A program made the translations under genes and the position numbers. A stretch of 64,000 nucleotides of DNA from Eledone cirrhosa. Its lineage: Eukaryota. The notes beneath the pieces are model-generated. The model was given only the letters and a program-made list of their open reading frames with translations. It searched no databases and was not told the origin of the DNA. The stretch lies in NCBI GenBank assembly GCA_964016885.1, contig OZ024741.1, positions 401,760,001-401,824,000 of the forward strand. Reading direction: 5' to 3'. Shown one piece after another: positions 34,601 to 49,600 of this stretch. The stretch's first letter is position 1. Each line of letters starts with the position of its first letter.

Positions 34601-37600
34601 GTGTTTTGACAGAACTGGTAGAATGTCAGACTACCATCTAAATAGGGCTGTGTATTGACAGAACTGGTAGAATGTCAGACTGCCATCTAAATAGGGCTGT
34701 GTATTGGCAGAACTGGTAGAATGTCAGACTGCCATCTAAATAGTTAGGGCTGTGTATTGACAGAACTGGTAGAATGTCAGACTACCATCTAAATAGGGCT
34801 GTGTATTGACAGAACTGGTAGAATGTCAGACTACCATCTAAATAGGGCTGTGTTTTGACAGAACTGGTAGAATGTCAGACTACCATCTAAATAGGGCTGT
34901 GTATTGACAGAACTGGTAGAATGTCAGACTACCATCTAAATAGGGCTGTGTTTTGACAGAACTGGTAGAATGTCAGACTAACATCTAAATAGTTAGGGCT
35001 GTGTATTGACAGAACTGGTAGAATGTCAGACTACCATCTAAATAGGGCTGTGTATTGACAAAACTGGTAGAATGTCAGGCTACCATCTAAATAGGGCTGT
35101 GTTTTGACAGAACTGGTAGAATGTCAGACTACCATCTAAATAGGGCTGTGTATTGGCAAAACTGGTAGAATGTCAGACTACCATCTAAATAGGGCTGTGT
35201 TTTGACAGAACTGGTAGAATGTCAGACTACCATCTAAATAGGGCTGTGTATTGACAGAACTGGTAGAATGTCAGACTGCCATCTAAATAGGGCTGTGTAT
35301 TGGCAGAACTGGTAGAATGTCAGACTGCCATCTAAATAGTTAGGGCTGTGTATTGACAGAACTGGTAGAATGTCAGACTACCATCTAAATAGGGCTGTGT
35401 ATTGACAGAACTGGTAGAATGTCAGACTACCATCTAAATAGGGCTGTGTTTTGACAGAACTGGTAGAATGTCAGACTACCATCTAAATAGGGCTGTGTAT
35501 TGACAGAACTGGTAGAATGTCAGACTACCATCTAAATAGGGCTGTGTTTTGACAGAACTGGTAGAATGTCAGACTAACATCTAAATAGTTAGGGCTGTGT
35601 ATTGACAGAACTGGTAGAATGTCAGACTACCATCTAAATAGGGCTGTGTATTGACAAAACTGGTAGAATGTCAGGCTACCATCTAAATAGGGCTGTGTTT
35701 TGACAGAACTGGTAGAATGTCAGACTACCATCTAAATAGGGCTGTGTATTGGCAAAACTGGTAGAATGTCAGACTACCATCTAAATAGGGCTGTGTATTG
35801 ACAAAACTGGTAGAATGTCAGACTACCATCTAAATAGGGCTGTGTATTGACAGAACTGGTAGAATGTCAGGCTACCATCTAAATAGGGCTGTGTATTAGC
35901 AAAACTGGTAGAATGTCAGGCTACCATCTAAATAGGGCTGTGTATTGACAAACCTGGTAGAATGTCAGGCTACCATCTAAATAGGGCTGTGTTTTGACAG
36001 AACTGGTAGAATGTCAGACTACCATCTAAATAGGGCTGTGTATTGACAGAACTGGTAGAATGTCAGACTACCATCTAAATAGGGCTGTGTATTGACAGAA
36101 CTGGTAGAATGTCAGACTACCATCTAAATAGTTAGGGCTGTGTATTGGCAAAACTGGTAGAATGTCAGACTACCATCTAAATAGGGCTGTGTTTTGACAG
36201 AACTGGTAGAATGTCAGACTACCATCTAAATAGGGCTGTATATTGACAGAACTGGTAGAATGTCAGACTGCCATCTAAATAGGGTTGTGTATTGGCAGAA
36301 CTGGTAGAATGTCAGACTAACATCTAAATAGGGCTGTGTATTGACAGAACTGGTAGAATATCAGACTACCATCTAAATAGGGCTGTGTATTGACAGAACT
36401 GGTAGAATGTCAGACTACCATCTAAATAGGGCTGTGTATTGACAGAACTGGTAGAATGTCAGACTACCATCTAAATAGGACTGTGTATTGGCAAAACTGG
36501 TTGAATGTCAGACTACCATCTAAATAGGGCTGTGTTTTGACAGAACTGGTAGAATGTCAGACTACCATCTAAATAGGGCTGTGTATTGACAGAACTGGTA
36601 GAATGTCAGACTACCATCTAAAAAGGGCTGTGTTTTGACAGAACTGGTAGAATGTCAGACTAACATCTAAATAGTTAGGGCTGTGTATTGACAGAACTGG
36701 TAGAATGTCAGACTACCATCTAAATAGGGCTGTGTATTGGCAAAACTGGTAGAATGTCAGACTAACATCTAAATAGGGCTGTGTATTGGCAAAACTGGTA
36801 GAATATCAGACTAATATCTAAATAGTTAGGGCTGTGTATTGACAGAACTGGTAGAATGTCAGACTACCATCTAAATAGGGCTGTGTATTGGCAAAACTGG
36901 TAGAATGTCAGACTACCATCTAAATAGGGCTGTGTTTTGACAGAACTGGTAGAATGTCAGACTACCATCTAAATAGGGCTGTGTATTGACAGAACTGGTA
37001 GAATGTCAGACTGCCATCTAAATAGGGCTGTGTATTGGCAGAACTGGTAGAATGTCAGACTGCCATCTAAATAGTTAGGGCTGTGTATTGACAGAACTGG
37101 TAGAATGTCAGACTACCATCTAAATAGGGCTGTGTATTGACAGAACTGGTAGAATGTCAGACTACCATCTAAATAGGGCTGTGTTTTGACAGAACTGGTA
37201 GAATGTCAGACTACCATCTAAATAGGGCTGTGTATTGACAGAACTGGTAGAATGTCAGACTACCATCTAAATAGGGCTGTGTTTTGACAGAACTGGTAGA
37301 ATGTCAGACTAACATCTAAATAGTTAGGGCTGTGTATTGACAGAACTGGTAGAATGTCAGACTACCATCTAAATAGGGCTGTGTATTGGCAAAACTGGTA
37401 GAATGTCAGACTAACATCTAAATAGGGCTATGTATTGGCAAAACTGGTAGAATGTCAGACTAATATCTAAATAGTTAGGGCTGTGTATTGACAGAACTGG
37501 TAGAATGTCAGACTACCATCTAAATAGGGCTGTGTGTTGGCAAAACTGGTAGAATGTCAGACTACCATCTAAATAGGGCTGTGTTTAGACAGAACTGGTA

Positions 37601-40600
37601 GAATGTCAGACTACCATCTAAATAGGGCTGTGTATTGACAAAACTGGTAGAATGTCAGACTACCATCTAAATAGTTAGGGCTGTGTATTGACAGAACTGG
37701 TAGAATGTCAGACTACCATCTAAATAGTTAGGGCTGTGGATTGACTGAACTGGTAGAATGTCAGACTACCATCTAAATAGGGCTCTGTATTGACAGAACT
37801 GGTAGAATGTCAGACTACCATCTAAATAGTTAGGGCTGTGTATTGACAGAACTGGTAGAATGTCAGACTACCATCTAAATAGGGCTGTGTATTGACAGAA
37901 CTGGTAGAATATCAGACTACCATCTAAATAGGGCTGTGTATTGACAGAATTGGTAGAATGTCAGACTGCCATCTAAATAGTTAGGGCTGTGTATTGACAG
38001 AACTGGTAGAATGTCAGACTAACATCTAAATAGGGCTGTGTATTGACAAAACTGGTAGAATGTCAGACTACCATCTAAATAGTTAGGGCTGTGTATTGAC
38101 AGAACTGGTAGAATGTCAGACTACCATCTAAATAGTTAGGGCTGTGTATTGACAGAACTGGTAGAATGTCAGACTACCATCTAAATAGGGCTGTGTATTG
38201 ACAGAACTGGTAGAATGTCAGACTACCATCTAAATAGGACTGTGTATTGGCAAAACTGGTAGAATGTCAGACTACCATCTAAATAGGGCTGTGTTTTGTC
38301 AGAACTGGTAGAATGTCAGACTACCATCTAAATAGGGCTGTGTATTGACAGAACTGGTAGAATGTCAGACTACCATCTAAATAGGGCTGTGTTTTGACAG
38401 AACTGGTAGAATGTCAGACTAACATCTAAATAGTTAGGGCTGTGTATTGACAGAACTGGTAGAATGTCAGACTACCATCTAAATAGGGCTGTGTTTTGAC
38501 AGAACTGGTAGAATGTCAGACTAACATCTAAATAGTTAGGGCTGTGTATTGACAGAACTGGTAGAATGTCAGACTACCATCTAAATAGGGCTGTGTATTG
38601 GCAAAACTGGTAGAATGTCAGACTAACATCTAAATAGGGCTGTGTATTGGCAAAACTGGTAGAATGTCAGACTAATATCTAAATAGTTAGGGCTGTGTAT
38701 TGACAGAACTGGTAGAATGTCAGACTACCATCTAAATAGGGCTGTGTATTGGCAAAACTGGTAGAATGTCAGACTACCATCTAAATAGGGCTGTGTATTG
38801 ACAAAACTGGTAGAATGTCAGGCTACCATCTAAATAGGGCTGTGTTTTGACAGAACTGGTAGAATGTCAGACTACCATCTAAATAGGGCTGTGTATTGGC
38901 AAAACTGGTAGAATGTCAGACTACCATCTAAATAGGGCTGTGTATTGACAAAACTGGTAGAATGTCAGACTACCATCTAAATAGGGCTGTGTATTGACAG
39001 AACTGGTAGAATGTCAGGCTACCATCTAAATAGGGCTGTGTATTAGCAAAACTGGTAGAATGTCAGGCTACCATCTAAATAGGGCTGTGTATTGACAAAC
39101 CTGGTAGAATGTCAGGCTACCATCTAAATAGGGCTGTGTTTTGACAGAACTGGTAGAATGTCAGACTACCATCTAAATAGGGCTGTGTATTGACAGAACT
39201 GGTAGAATGTCAGACTACCATCTAAATAGGGCTGTGTATTGACAGAACTGGTAGAATGTCAGACTACCATCTAAATAGTTAGGGCTGTGTATTGGCAAAA
39301 CTGGTAGAATGTCAGACTACCATCTAAATAGGGCTGTGTTTTGACAGAACTGGTAGAATGTCAGACTACCATCTAAATAGGGCTGTATATTGACAGAACT
39401 GGTAGAATGTCAGACTGCCATCTAAATAGGGTTGTGTATTGGCAGAACTGGTAGAATGTCAGACTAACATCTAAATAGGGCTGTGTATTGACAGAACTGG
39501 TAGAATATCAGACTACCATCTAAATAGGGCTGTGTATTGACAGAACTGGTAGAATGTCAGACTACCATCTAAATAGGGCTGTGTATTGACAGAACTGGTA
39601 GAATGTCAGACTACCATCTAAATAGGACTGTGTATTGGCAAAACTGGTTGAATGTCAGACTACCATCTAAATAGGGCTGTGTTTTGACAGAACTGGTAGA
39701 ATGTCAGACTACCATCTAAATAGGGCTGTGTATTGACAGAACTGGTAGAATGTCAGACTACCATCTAAAAAGGGCTGTGTTTTGACAGAACTGGTAGAAT
39801 GTCAGACTAACATCTAAATAGTTAGGGCTGTGTATTGACAGAACTGGTAGAATGTCAGACTACCATCTAAATAGGGCTGTGTATTGGCAAAACTGGTAGA
39901 ATGTCAGACTAACATCTAAATAGGGCTGTGTATTGGCAAAACTGGTAGAATATCAGACTAATATCTAAATAGTTAGGGCTGTGTATTGACAGAACTGGTA
40001 GAATGTCAGACTACCATCTAAATAGGGCTGTGTATTGGCAAAACTGGTAGAATGTCAGACTACCATCTAAATAGGGCTGTGTTTTGACAGAACTGGTAGA
40101 ATGTCAGACTACCATCTAAATAGGGCTGTGTATTGACAGAACTGGTAGAATGTCAGACTGCCATCTAAATAGGGCTGTGTATTGGCAGAACTGGTAGAAT
40201 GTCAGACTACCATCTAAATAGGGCTGTGTATTGGCAAAACTGGTAGAATGTCAGACTACCATCTAAATAGGGCTGTGTATTGACAAAACTGGTAGAATGT
40301 CAGGCTACCATCTAAATAGGGCTGTGTTTTGACAGAACTGGTAGAATGTCAGACTACCATCTAAATAGGGCTGTGTATTGGCAAAACTGGTAAGATGTCA
40401 GACTACCATCTAAATAGGGCTGTGTATTGACAAAACTGGTAGAATGTCAGACTACCATCTAAATAGGGCTGTGTATTGACAGAACTGGTAGAATGTCAGG
40501 CTACAATCTAAATAGGGCTGTGTATTGGAAAAACTGGTAGAATGTCAGGCTACCATCTAAATAGGGCTGTGTATTGACAAAACTGGTAGAATGTCAGGCT

Positions 40601-43600
40601 ACCATCTAAATAGGGCTGTGTATTGACAAAACTGGTAGAATGTCAGGCTACCATCTAAATAGGGCTGTGTTTTGACAGAACTGGTAGAATGTCAGACTAC
40701 CATCTAAATAGGGCTGTGTATTGGCAAAACTGGTAGAATGTCAGACTAATATCTAAATAGTTAGGGCTGTGTATTGACAGAACTGGTAGAATGTCAGACT
40801 ACCATCTAAATAGGGCTGTGTATTGGCAAAACTGGTAGAATGTCAGACTACCATCTAAATAGGGCTGTGTATTGACAAAACTGGTAGAATGTCAGGCTAC
40901 CATCTAAATAGGGCTGTGTTTTGACAGAACTGGTAGAATGTCAGACTACCATCTAAATAGGGCTGTGTATTGGCAAAACTGGTAGAATGTCAGACTACCA
41001 TCTAAATAGGGCTGTGTATTGACAAAACTGGTAGAATGTCAGACTACCATCTAAATAGGGCTGTGTATTGACAGAACTGGTAGAATGTCAGGCTACCATC
41101 TAAATAGGGCTGTGTATTAGCAAAACTGGTAGAATGTCAGGCTACCATCTAAATAGGGCTGTGTATTGACAAACCTGGTAGAATGTCAGGCTACCATCTA
41201 AATAGGGCTGTGTTTTGACAGAACTGGTAGAATGTCAGACTACCATCTAAATAGGGCTGTGTATTGACAGAACTGGTAGAATGTCAGACTACCATCTAAA
41301 TAGGGCTGTGTATTGACAGAACTGGTAGAATGTCAGACTACCATCTAAATAGTTAGGGCTGTGTATTGGCAAAACTGGTAGAATGTCAGACTACCATCTA
41401 AATAGGGCTGTGTTTTGACAGAACTGGTAGAATGTCAGACTACCATCTAAATAGGGCTGTATATTGACAGAACTGGTAGAATGTCAGACTGCCATCTAAA
41501 TAGGGTTGTGTATTGGCAGAACTGGTAGAATGTCAGACTAACATCTAAATAGGGCTGTGTATTGACAGAACTGGTAGAATATCAGACTACCATCTAAATA
41601 GGGCTGTGTATTGACAGAACTGGTAGAATGTCAGACTACCATCTAAATAGGGCTGTGTATTGACAGAACTGGTAGAATGTCAGACTACCATCTAAATAGG
41701 ACTGTGTATTGGCAAAACTGGTTGAATGTCAGACTACCATCTAAATAGGGCTGTGTTTTGACAGAACTGGTAGAATGTCAGACTACCATCTAAATAGGGC
41801 TGTGTATTGACAGAACTGGTAGAATGTCAGACTACCATCTAAAAAGGGCTGTGTTTTGACAGAACTGGTAGAATGTCAGACTAACATCTAAATAGTTAGG
41901 GCTGTGTATTGACAGAACTGGTAGAATGTCAGACTACCATCTAAATAGGGCTGTGTATTGGCAAAACTGGTAGAATGTCAGACTAACATCTAAATAGGGC
42001 TGTGTATTGGCAAAACTGGTAGAATATCAGACTAATATCTAAATAGTTAGGGCTGTGTATTGACAGAACTGGTAGAATGTCAGACTACCATCTAAATAGG
42101 GCTGTGTATTGGCAAAACTGGTAGAATGTCAGACTACCATCTAAATAGGGCTGTGTTTTGACAGAACTGGTAGAATGTCAGACTACCATCTAAATAGGGC
42201 TGTGTATTGACAGAACTGGTAGAATGTCAGACTGCCATCTAAATAGGGCTGTGTATTGGCAGAACTGGTAGAATGTCAGACTACCATCTAAATAGGGCTG
42301 TGTATTGGCAAAACTGGTAGAATGTCAGACTACCATCTAAATAGGGCTGTGTATTGACAAAACTGGTAGAATGTCAGGCTACCATCTAAATAGGGCTGTG
42401 TTTTGACAGAACTGGTAGAATGTCAGACTACCATCTAAATAGGGCTGTGTATTGGCAAAACTGGTAAGATGTCAGACTACCATCTAAATAGGGCTGTGTA
42501 TTGACAAAACTGGTAGAATGTCAGACTACCATCTAAATAGGGCTGTGTATTGACAGAACTGGTAGAATGTCAGGCTACAATCTAAATAGGGCTGTGTATT
42601 GGAAAAACTGGTAGAATGTCAGGCTACCATCTAAATAGGGCTGTGTATTGACAAAACTGGTAGAATGTCAGGCTACCATCTAAATAGGGCTGTGTTTTGA
42701 CAGAACTGGTAGAATGTCAGACTACCATCTAAATAGGGCTGTGTATTGACAGAACTGGTAGAATGTCAGACTACCATCTAAATAGTTAGGGCTGTGTATT
42801 GGCAAAACTGGTAGTATGTCAGACTACCATCTAAATAGGGCTGTGTATTGACAGAACTGGTAGAATGTCTGGCTACCATCTAAATAGGGCTGTGTATTGA
42901 CAAAACTGGTAGAATGTCAGGCTACCATCTAAATAGGGCTGTGTATTGAGAGAACTGGTAGAATGTCAGACTACCATCTAAATAGGGCTGTGTATTGACA
43001 GAACTGGTAGAATGTCAGACTACCATCTAAATAGTTAGGGCTGTGTCTTGACAGAACTGGTAGAATGTCAGCCTACCATCTAAATAGGGCTGTGTATTGA
43101 CAGAACTGGTAAAATGTCAGACTAACATCTAAATAGGGCTGTTTATTGACAGAACTGGTAGAATGTCAGACTACCATCTAAATAGTTAGGGCTGTGTATT
43201 GACAGAACTGGTAGAATGTCAGACTACCATCTAAATAGTTAGGGCTGTGTATTGACAGAACTGGTAGAATGTCAGACTACCATCTAAATAGGGCTGTGTA
43301 TTGACAGAACTGGTAGAATGTCAGACTAACATCTAAATAGGGCTGTGTATTGACAGAACTGGTAGAATGTCAGACTACCATCTAAAAAGGGCTGTGTTTT
43401 GACAGAACTGGTAGAATGTCAGACTAACATCTAAATAGTTAGGGCTGTGTATTGACAGAACTGGTAGAATGTCAGACTACCATCTAAATAGGGCTGTGTA
43501 TTGGCAAAACTGGTAGAATGTCAGACTAACATCTAAATAGGGCTGTGTATTGGCAAAACTGGTAGAATATCAGACTAATATCTAAATAGTTAGGGCTGTG

Positions 43601-46600
43601 TATTGACAGAACTGGTAGAATGTCAGACTACCATCTAAATAGGGCTGTGTATTGGCAAAACTGGTAGAATGTCAGACTACCATCTAAATAGGGCTGTGTT
43701 TTGACAGAACTGGTAGAATGTCAGACTACCATCTAAATAGGGCTGTGTATTGACAGAACTGGTAGAATGTCAGACTGCCATCTAAATAGGGCTGTGTATT
43801 GGCAGAACTGGTAGAATGTCAGACTACCATCTAAATAGGGCTGTGTATTGGCAAAACTGGTAGAATGTCAGACTACCATCTAAATAGGGCTGTGTATTGA
43901 CAAAACTGGTAGAATGTCAGGCTACCATCTAAATAGGGCTGTGTTTTGACAGAACTGGTAGAATGTCAGACTACCATCTAAATAGGGCTGTGTATTGGCA
44001 AAACTGGTAGAATGTCAGACTACCATCTAAATAGGGCTGTGTATTGACAAAACTGGTAGAATGTCAGACTACCATCTAAATAGGGCTGTGTATTGACAGA
44101 ACTGGTAGAATGTCAGGCTACAATCTAAATAGGGCTGTGTATTGGAAAAACTGGTAGAATGTCAGGCTACCATCTAAATAGGGCTGTGTATTGACAAAAC
44201 TGGTAGAATGTCAGGCTACCATCTAAATAGGGCTGTGTTTTGACAGAACTGGTAGAATGTCAGACTACCATCTAAATAGGGCTGTGTATTGACAGAACTG
44301 GTAGAATGTCAGACTACCATCTAAATAGTTAGGGCTGTGTATTGGCAAAACTGGTAGTATGTCAGACTACCATCTAAATAGGGCTGTGTATTGACAGAAC
44401 TGGTAGAATGTCTGGCTACCATCTAAATAGGGCTGTGTATTGACAAAACTGGTAGAATGTCAGGCTACCATCTAAATAGGGCTGTGTATTGAGAGAACTG
44501 GTAGAATGTCAGACTACCATCTAAATAGGGCTGTGTATTGACAGAACTGGTAGAATGTCAGACTACCATCTAAATAGTTAGGGCTGTGTCTTGACAGAAC
44601 TGGTAGAATGTCAGACTACCATCTAAATAGGGCTGTGTATTGACAGAACTGGTAAAATGTCAGACTAACATCTAAATAGGGCTGTTTATTGACAGAACTG
44701 GTAGAATGTCAGACTACCATCTAAATAGTTAGGGCTGTGTATTGACAGAACTGGTAGAATGTCAGACTACCATCTAAATAGTTAGGGCTGTGTATTGACA
44801 GAACTGGTAGAATGTCAGACTACCATCTAAATAGGGCTGTGTATTGACAGAACTGGTAGAATGTCAGACTAACATCTAAATAGGGCTGTGTATTGACAGA
44901 ACTGGTAGAATGTCAGACTACCATCTAAATAGTGCTGTGTATTGACAGAACTGGTAGAATGTCAGACTACCATCTAAATAGGGCTGTGTATTGACAGAAC
45001 TGGTAGAATGTCAGACTACCATCTAAATAGGGCTGTGTATTGACAGAACTGGCAGAATGTCAGACTACCATCTAAATAGGGCTGTGTATTGACAGAACTG
45101 GTAGAATGTCAGACTACCATCTAAATAGTTAGGGCTGTGTATTGACAGAACTGGTAGAATGTCAGACTACCATCTAAATAGTGCTGTGTATTGACAGAAC
45201 TGGTAGAATGTCAGACTACCATCTAAATAGTTAGGGCTGTGTATTGACAGAACTTGTAGAATGTCAAACTACCATCTAAATAGTGCTGTGTATTGACACA
45301 ACTGGTAGAATGTCAGACTACCATCTAAATAATTAGGGCTGTGTATTGACAGAACTGGTAGAATGTCAGACTACCATCTAAATAGGGTTGTGTATTGAAA
45401 GAACTGGTAGAATGTCAGACTACCATCTAAATAGGGCTGTGTATTGACAGAATTGGTAGAATGTCAGACTACCATCTAAATAGGGCTGTGTATTGACAAC
45501 TGGTAGAATGTCAGACTACCATCTAAATAGGACTGTGTATTGACAGAACTGGTAGAATGTCAGACTACCATCTAAATAGTTAGGGCTGTGTATTGACAGA
45601 ACTGGTAGAATGTCAGACTAACATCTAAATAGTTAGGGCTGTGGATTGACAGAACTGGTAGAATGTCAGACTACCATCTAAATAGGGCTGTGTATTGACA
45701 GAACTGGTAGAATGTCAGACTACCATCTAAATAGTTAGGGCTGTGTATTGACAGAACTGGTAGAATGTCAGACTACCATCTAAATAGGGCTGTGTATTGA
45801 CAGAACTGGTAGAATATCAGACTACCATCTAAATAGGGCTGTGTATTGACAGAACTGGTAGAATGTCAGACTGCCATCTAAATAGTTAGGGCTGTGTATT
45901 GACAGAACTGGTAGAATGTCAGACTAACATCTAAATAGGGCTGTGTATTGGCAAAACTGGTAGAATGTCAGACTACCATCTAAATAGGGCTGTGTATTGA
46001 CAAAACTGGTAGAATGTCAGACTACCATCTAAATAGTTAGGGCTGTGTATTGACAGAACTGGTAGAATGTCAGACTACCATCTAAATAGTTAGGGCTGTG
46101 TATTGACAGAACTGGTAGAATGTCAGACTACCATCTAAATAGCGCTGTGTATTGACAGAACTGGTAGAATATCAGACTACCATCTAAATAGGGCTGTGTA
46201 TTGACAGAACTGGTAGAATGTCAGACTACCATCTAAATAGGGCTGTGTATTGACAGAACTGGTAGAATGTCAGACTACCATCTAAATAGGACTGTGTATT
46301 GGCAAAACTGGTAGAATGTCAGGCTACCATCTAAATAGGGCTGTGTATTGACAAACCTGGTAGAATGTCAGGCTACCATCTAAATAGGGCTGTGTTTTGA
46401 CAGAACTGGTAGAATGTCAGACTACCATCTAAATAGGGCTGTGTATTGACAGAACTGGTAGAATGTCAGACTACCATCTAAATAGGGCTGTGTATTCACA
46501 GAACTGGTAGAATGTCAGACTACCATCTAAATAGTTAGGGCTGTGTATTGGCAAAACTGGTAGAATGTCAGACTACCATCTAAATAGGGCTGTGTTTTGA

Positions 46601-49600
46601 CAGAACTGGTAGAATGTCAGACTACCATCTAAATAGGGCTGTATATTGACAGAACTGGTAGAATGTCAGACTGCCATCTAAATAGGGTTGTGTATTGGCA
46701 GAACTGGTAGAATGTCAGACTAACATCTAAATAGGGCTGTGTATTGACAGAACTGGTAGAATATCAGACTACCATCTAAATAGGGCTGTGTATTGACAGA
46801 ACTGGTAGAATGTCAGACTACCATCTAAATAGGGCTGTGTATTGACAGAACTGGTAGAATGTCAGACTACCATCTAAATAGGGCTGTGTATTGACAGAAC
46901 TGGTTGAGTGTCAGACTACCATCTAAATAGGACTGTGTATTGCCAAAACTGGTTGAATGTCAGACTACCATCTAAATAGGGCTGTGTATTGACAGAACTG
47001 GTAGAATGTCAGACTACCATCTAAATAGGGCTGTGTATTGACAGAACTGGTAGAATGTCAGACTACCATCTAAATAGGGCTGTGTATTGACAGAACTGGT
47101 AGAATGTCAGACTACCATCTAAATAGGGCTGTGTATTGACAGAACTGGTAGAATGTCAGACTAACATCTAAATAGTTAGGGCTGTGTATTGACAGAACTG
47201 GTAGAATGTCAGACTACCATCTAAATAGGGCTGTGTATTGACAGAACTGGTAGAATGTCAGACTACCATCTAAATAGGGCTGTGTATTGACAGAACTGGT
47301 AGAATGTCAGACTACCATCTAAATAGGGCTGTGTATTGACAGAACTGGTAGAATGTCAGACTACCATCTAAATAGGGCTGTGTATTGACAGAACTGGTAG
47401 AATGTCAGACTACCATCTAAATAGGGCTGTGTATTGACAGAACTGGTAGAATGTCAGACTACCATCTAAATAGGGCTGTGTATTGACAGAACTGGTAGAA
47501 TGTCAGACTACCATCTAAATAGGGCTGTGTTTTGACAGAACTGGTAGAATGTCAGACTAACATCTAAATAGTTAGGGCTGTGTATTGACAGAACTGGTAG
47601 AATGTCAGACTACCATCTAAATAGGGCTGTGTATTGGCAAAACTGGTAGAATGTCAGACTAACATCTAAATAGGGTTGTGTATTGACAGAACTGGTAGAA
47701 TGTCAGACTACCATCTAAATAGGGTTGTGTATTGGCAAAACTGGTAGAATGTCAGACTAACATCTAAATAAGGCTGTGTATTGGCAAAACTGGTAGAATG
47801 TCAGACTACCATCTAAATAGGGCTGTGTATTGACAGAACTGGTAGAATGTCAGACTGCCATCTAAATAGGGCTGTGTAAATGCAGAACTGGTAGAATGTC
47901 AGACTACCATCTAAATAGGGCTGTGTATTGGCAAAACTGGTAGAATGTCAGACTACCATCTAAATAGGGCTGTGTATTGACAAAACTGGTAGAATGTCAG
48001 GCTACCATCTAAATAGGGCTGTGTTTTGACAGAACTGGTAGAATGTCAGACTACCATCTAAATAGGGCTGTGTATTGGCAAAACTGGTAGAATGTCAGAC
48101 TACCATCTAAATAGGGCTGTGTATAGACAAAACTGGTAGAATGTCAGACTACCATCTAAATAGGGCTGTGTATTGACAGAACTGGTAGAATGTCAGGCTA
48201 CCATCTAAATAGGTCTGTGTATTGGCAAAACTGGTAGAATATCAGGCTACCATCTAAATAGGGCTGTGTATTGACAAAACTGGTAGAATGTCAGGCTACC
48301 ATCTAAATAGGGCTGTGTTTTGACAGAACTGGTAGAATGTCAGACTACCATCTAAATAGGGCTGTGTATTGACAGAACTGGTTGAATGTCAGACTACCAT
48401 CTAAATAGGGCTGTGTATTGACAGAACTGGTAGAATGTCAGACTACCATCTAAATAGTTAGGGCTGTGTATTGACAGAACTGGTAGAATGTCAGACTACC
48501 ATCTAAATAGTTAGGGCTGTGTATTGACAGAACTGGTAGAATGTCAGACTACCATCTAAATAGGGCTGTGTATTGACAGAACTGGTAGAATGTCAGACTA
48601 ACATCTAAATAGGGCTGTGTATTGACAGAACTAGTAGAATGTCAGACTACCATCTAAATAGTGCTGTGTATTGACAGAACTGGTAGAATGTCAGACTACC
48701 ATCTAAATAGGGCTGTGTATTGACAGAACTGGTAGAATGTCAGACTACCATCTAAATAGGGCTGTGTATTGACAGAACTGGTAGAATGTCAGACTACCAT
48801 CTAAATAGGGCTGTGTATTGACAGAACTGGTAGAATGTCAGACTACCATCTAAATAGTTAGGGCTGTGTATTGACAGAACTGGTAGAATGTCAGACTACC
48901 ATCTAAATAGTGCTGTGTATTGACAGAACTGGTAGAATGTCAGACTACCATCTAAATAGTTAGGGCTGTGTATTGACAGAACTGGTAGAATGTCAAACTA
49001 CCATCTAAATAGTGCTGTGTATTGACACAACTGGTAGAATGTCAGACTACCATCTAAATAATTAGGGCTGTGTATTGACAGAACTGGTAGAATGTCAGAC
49101 TACCATCTAAATAGGGTTGTGTATTGAAAGAACTGGTAGAATGTCAGACTACCATCTAAATAGGGCTGTGTATTGACAGAATTGGTAGAATGTCAGACTA
49201 CCATCTAAATAGGGCTGTGTATTGACAACTGGTAGAATGTCAGACTACCATCTAAATAGGACTGTGTATTGACAGAACTGGTAGAATGTCAGACTACCAT
49301 CTAAATAGTTAGGGCTGTGTATTGACAGAACTGGTAGAATGTCAGACTACCATCTAAATAGTTAGGGCTGTGGATTGACAGAACTGGTAGAATGTCAGAC
49401 TACCATCTAAATAGGGCTGTGTATTGACAGAACTGGTAGAATGTCAGACTACCATCTAAATAGTTAGGGCTGTGTATTGACAGAACTGGTAGAATGTCAG
49501 ACTACCATCTAAATAGGGCTGTGTATTGACAGAACTGGTAGAATATCAGACTACCTTCTAAATAGGGCTGTGTATTGACAGAACTGGTAGAATGTCAGAC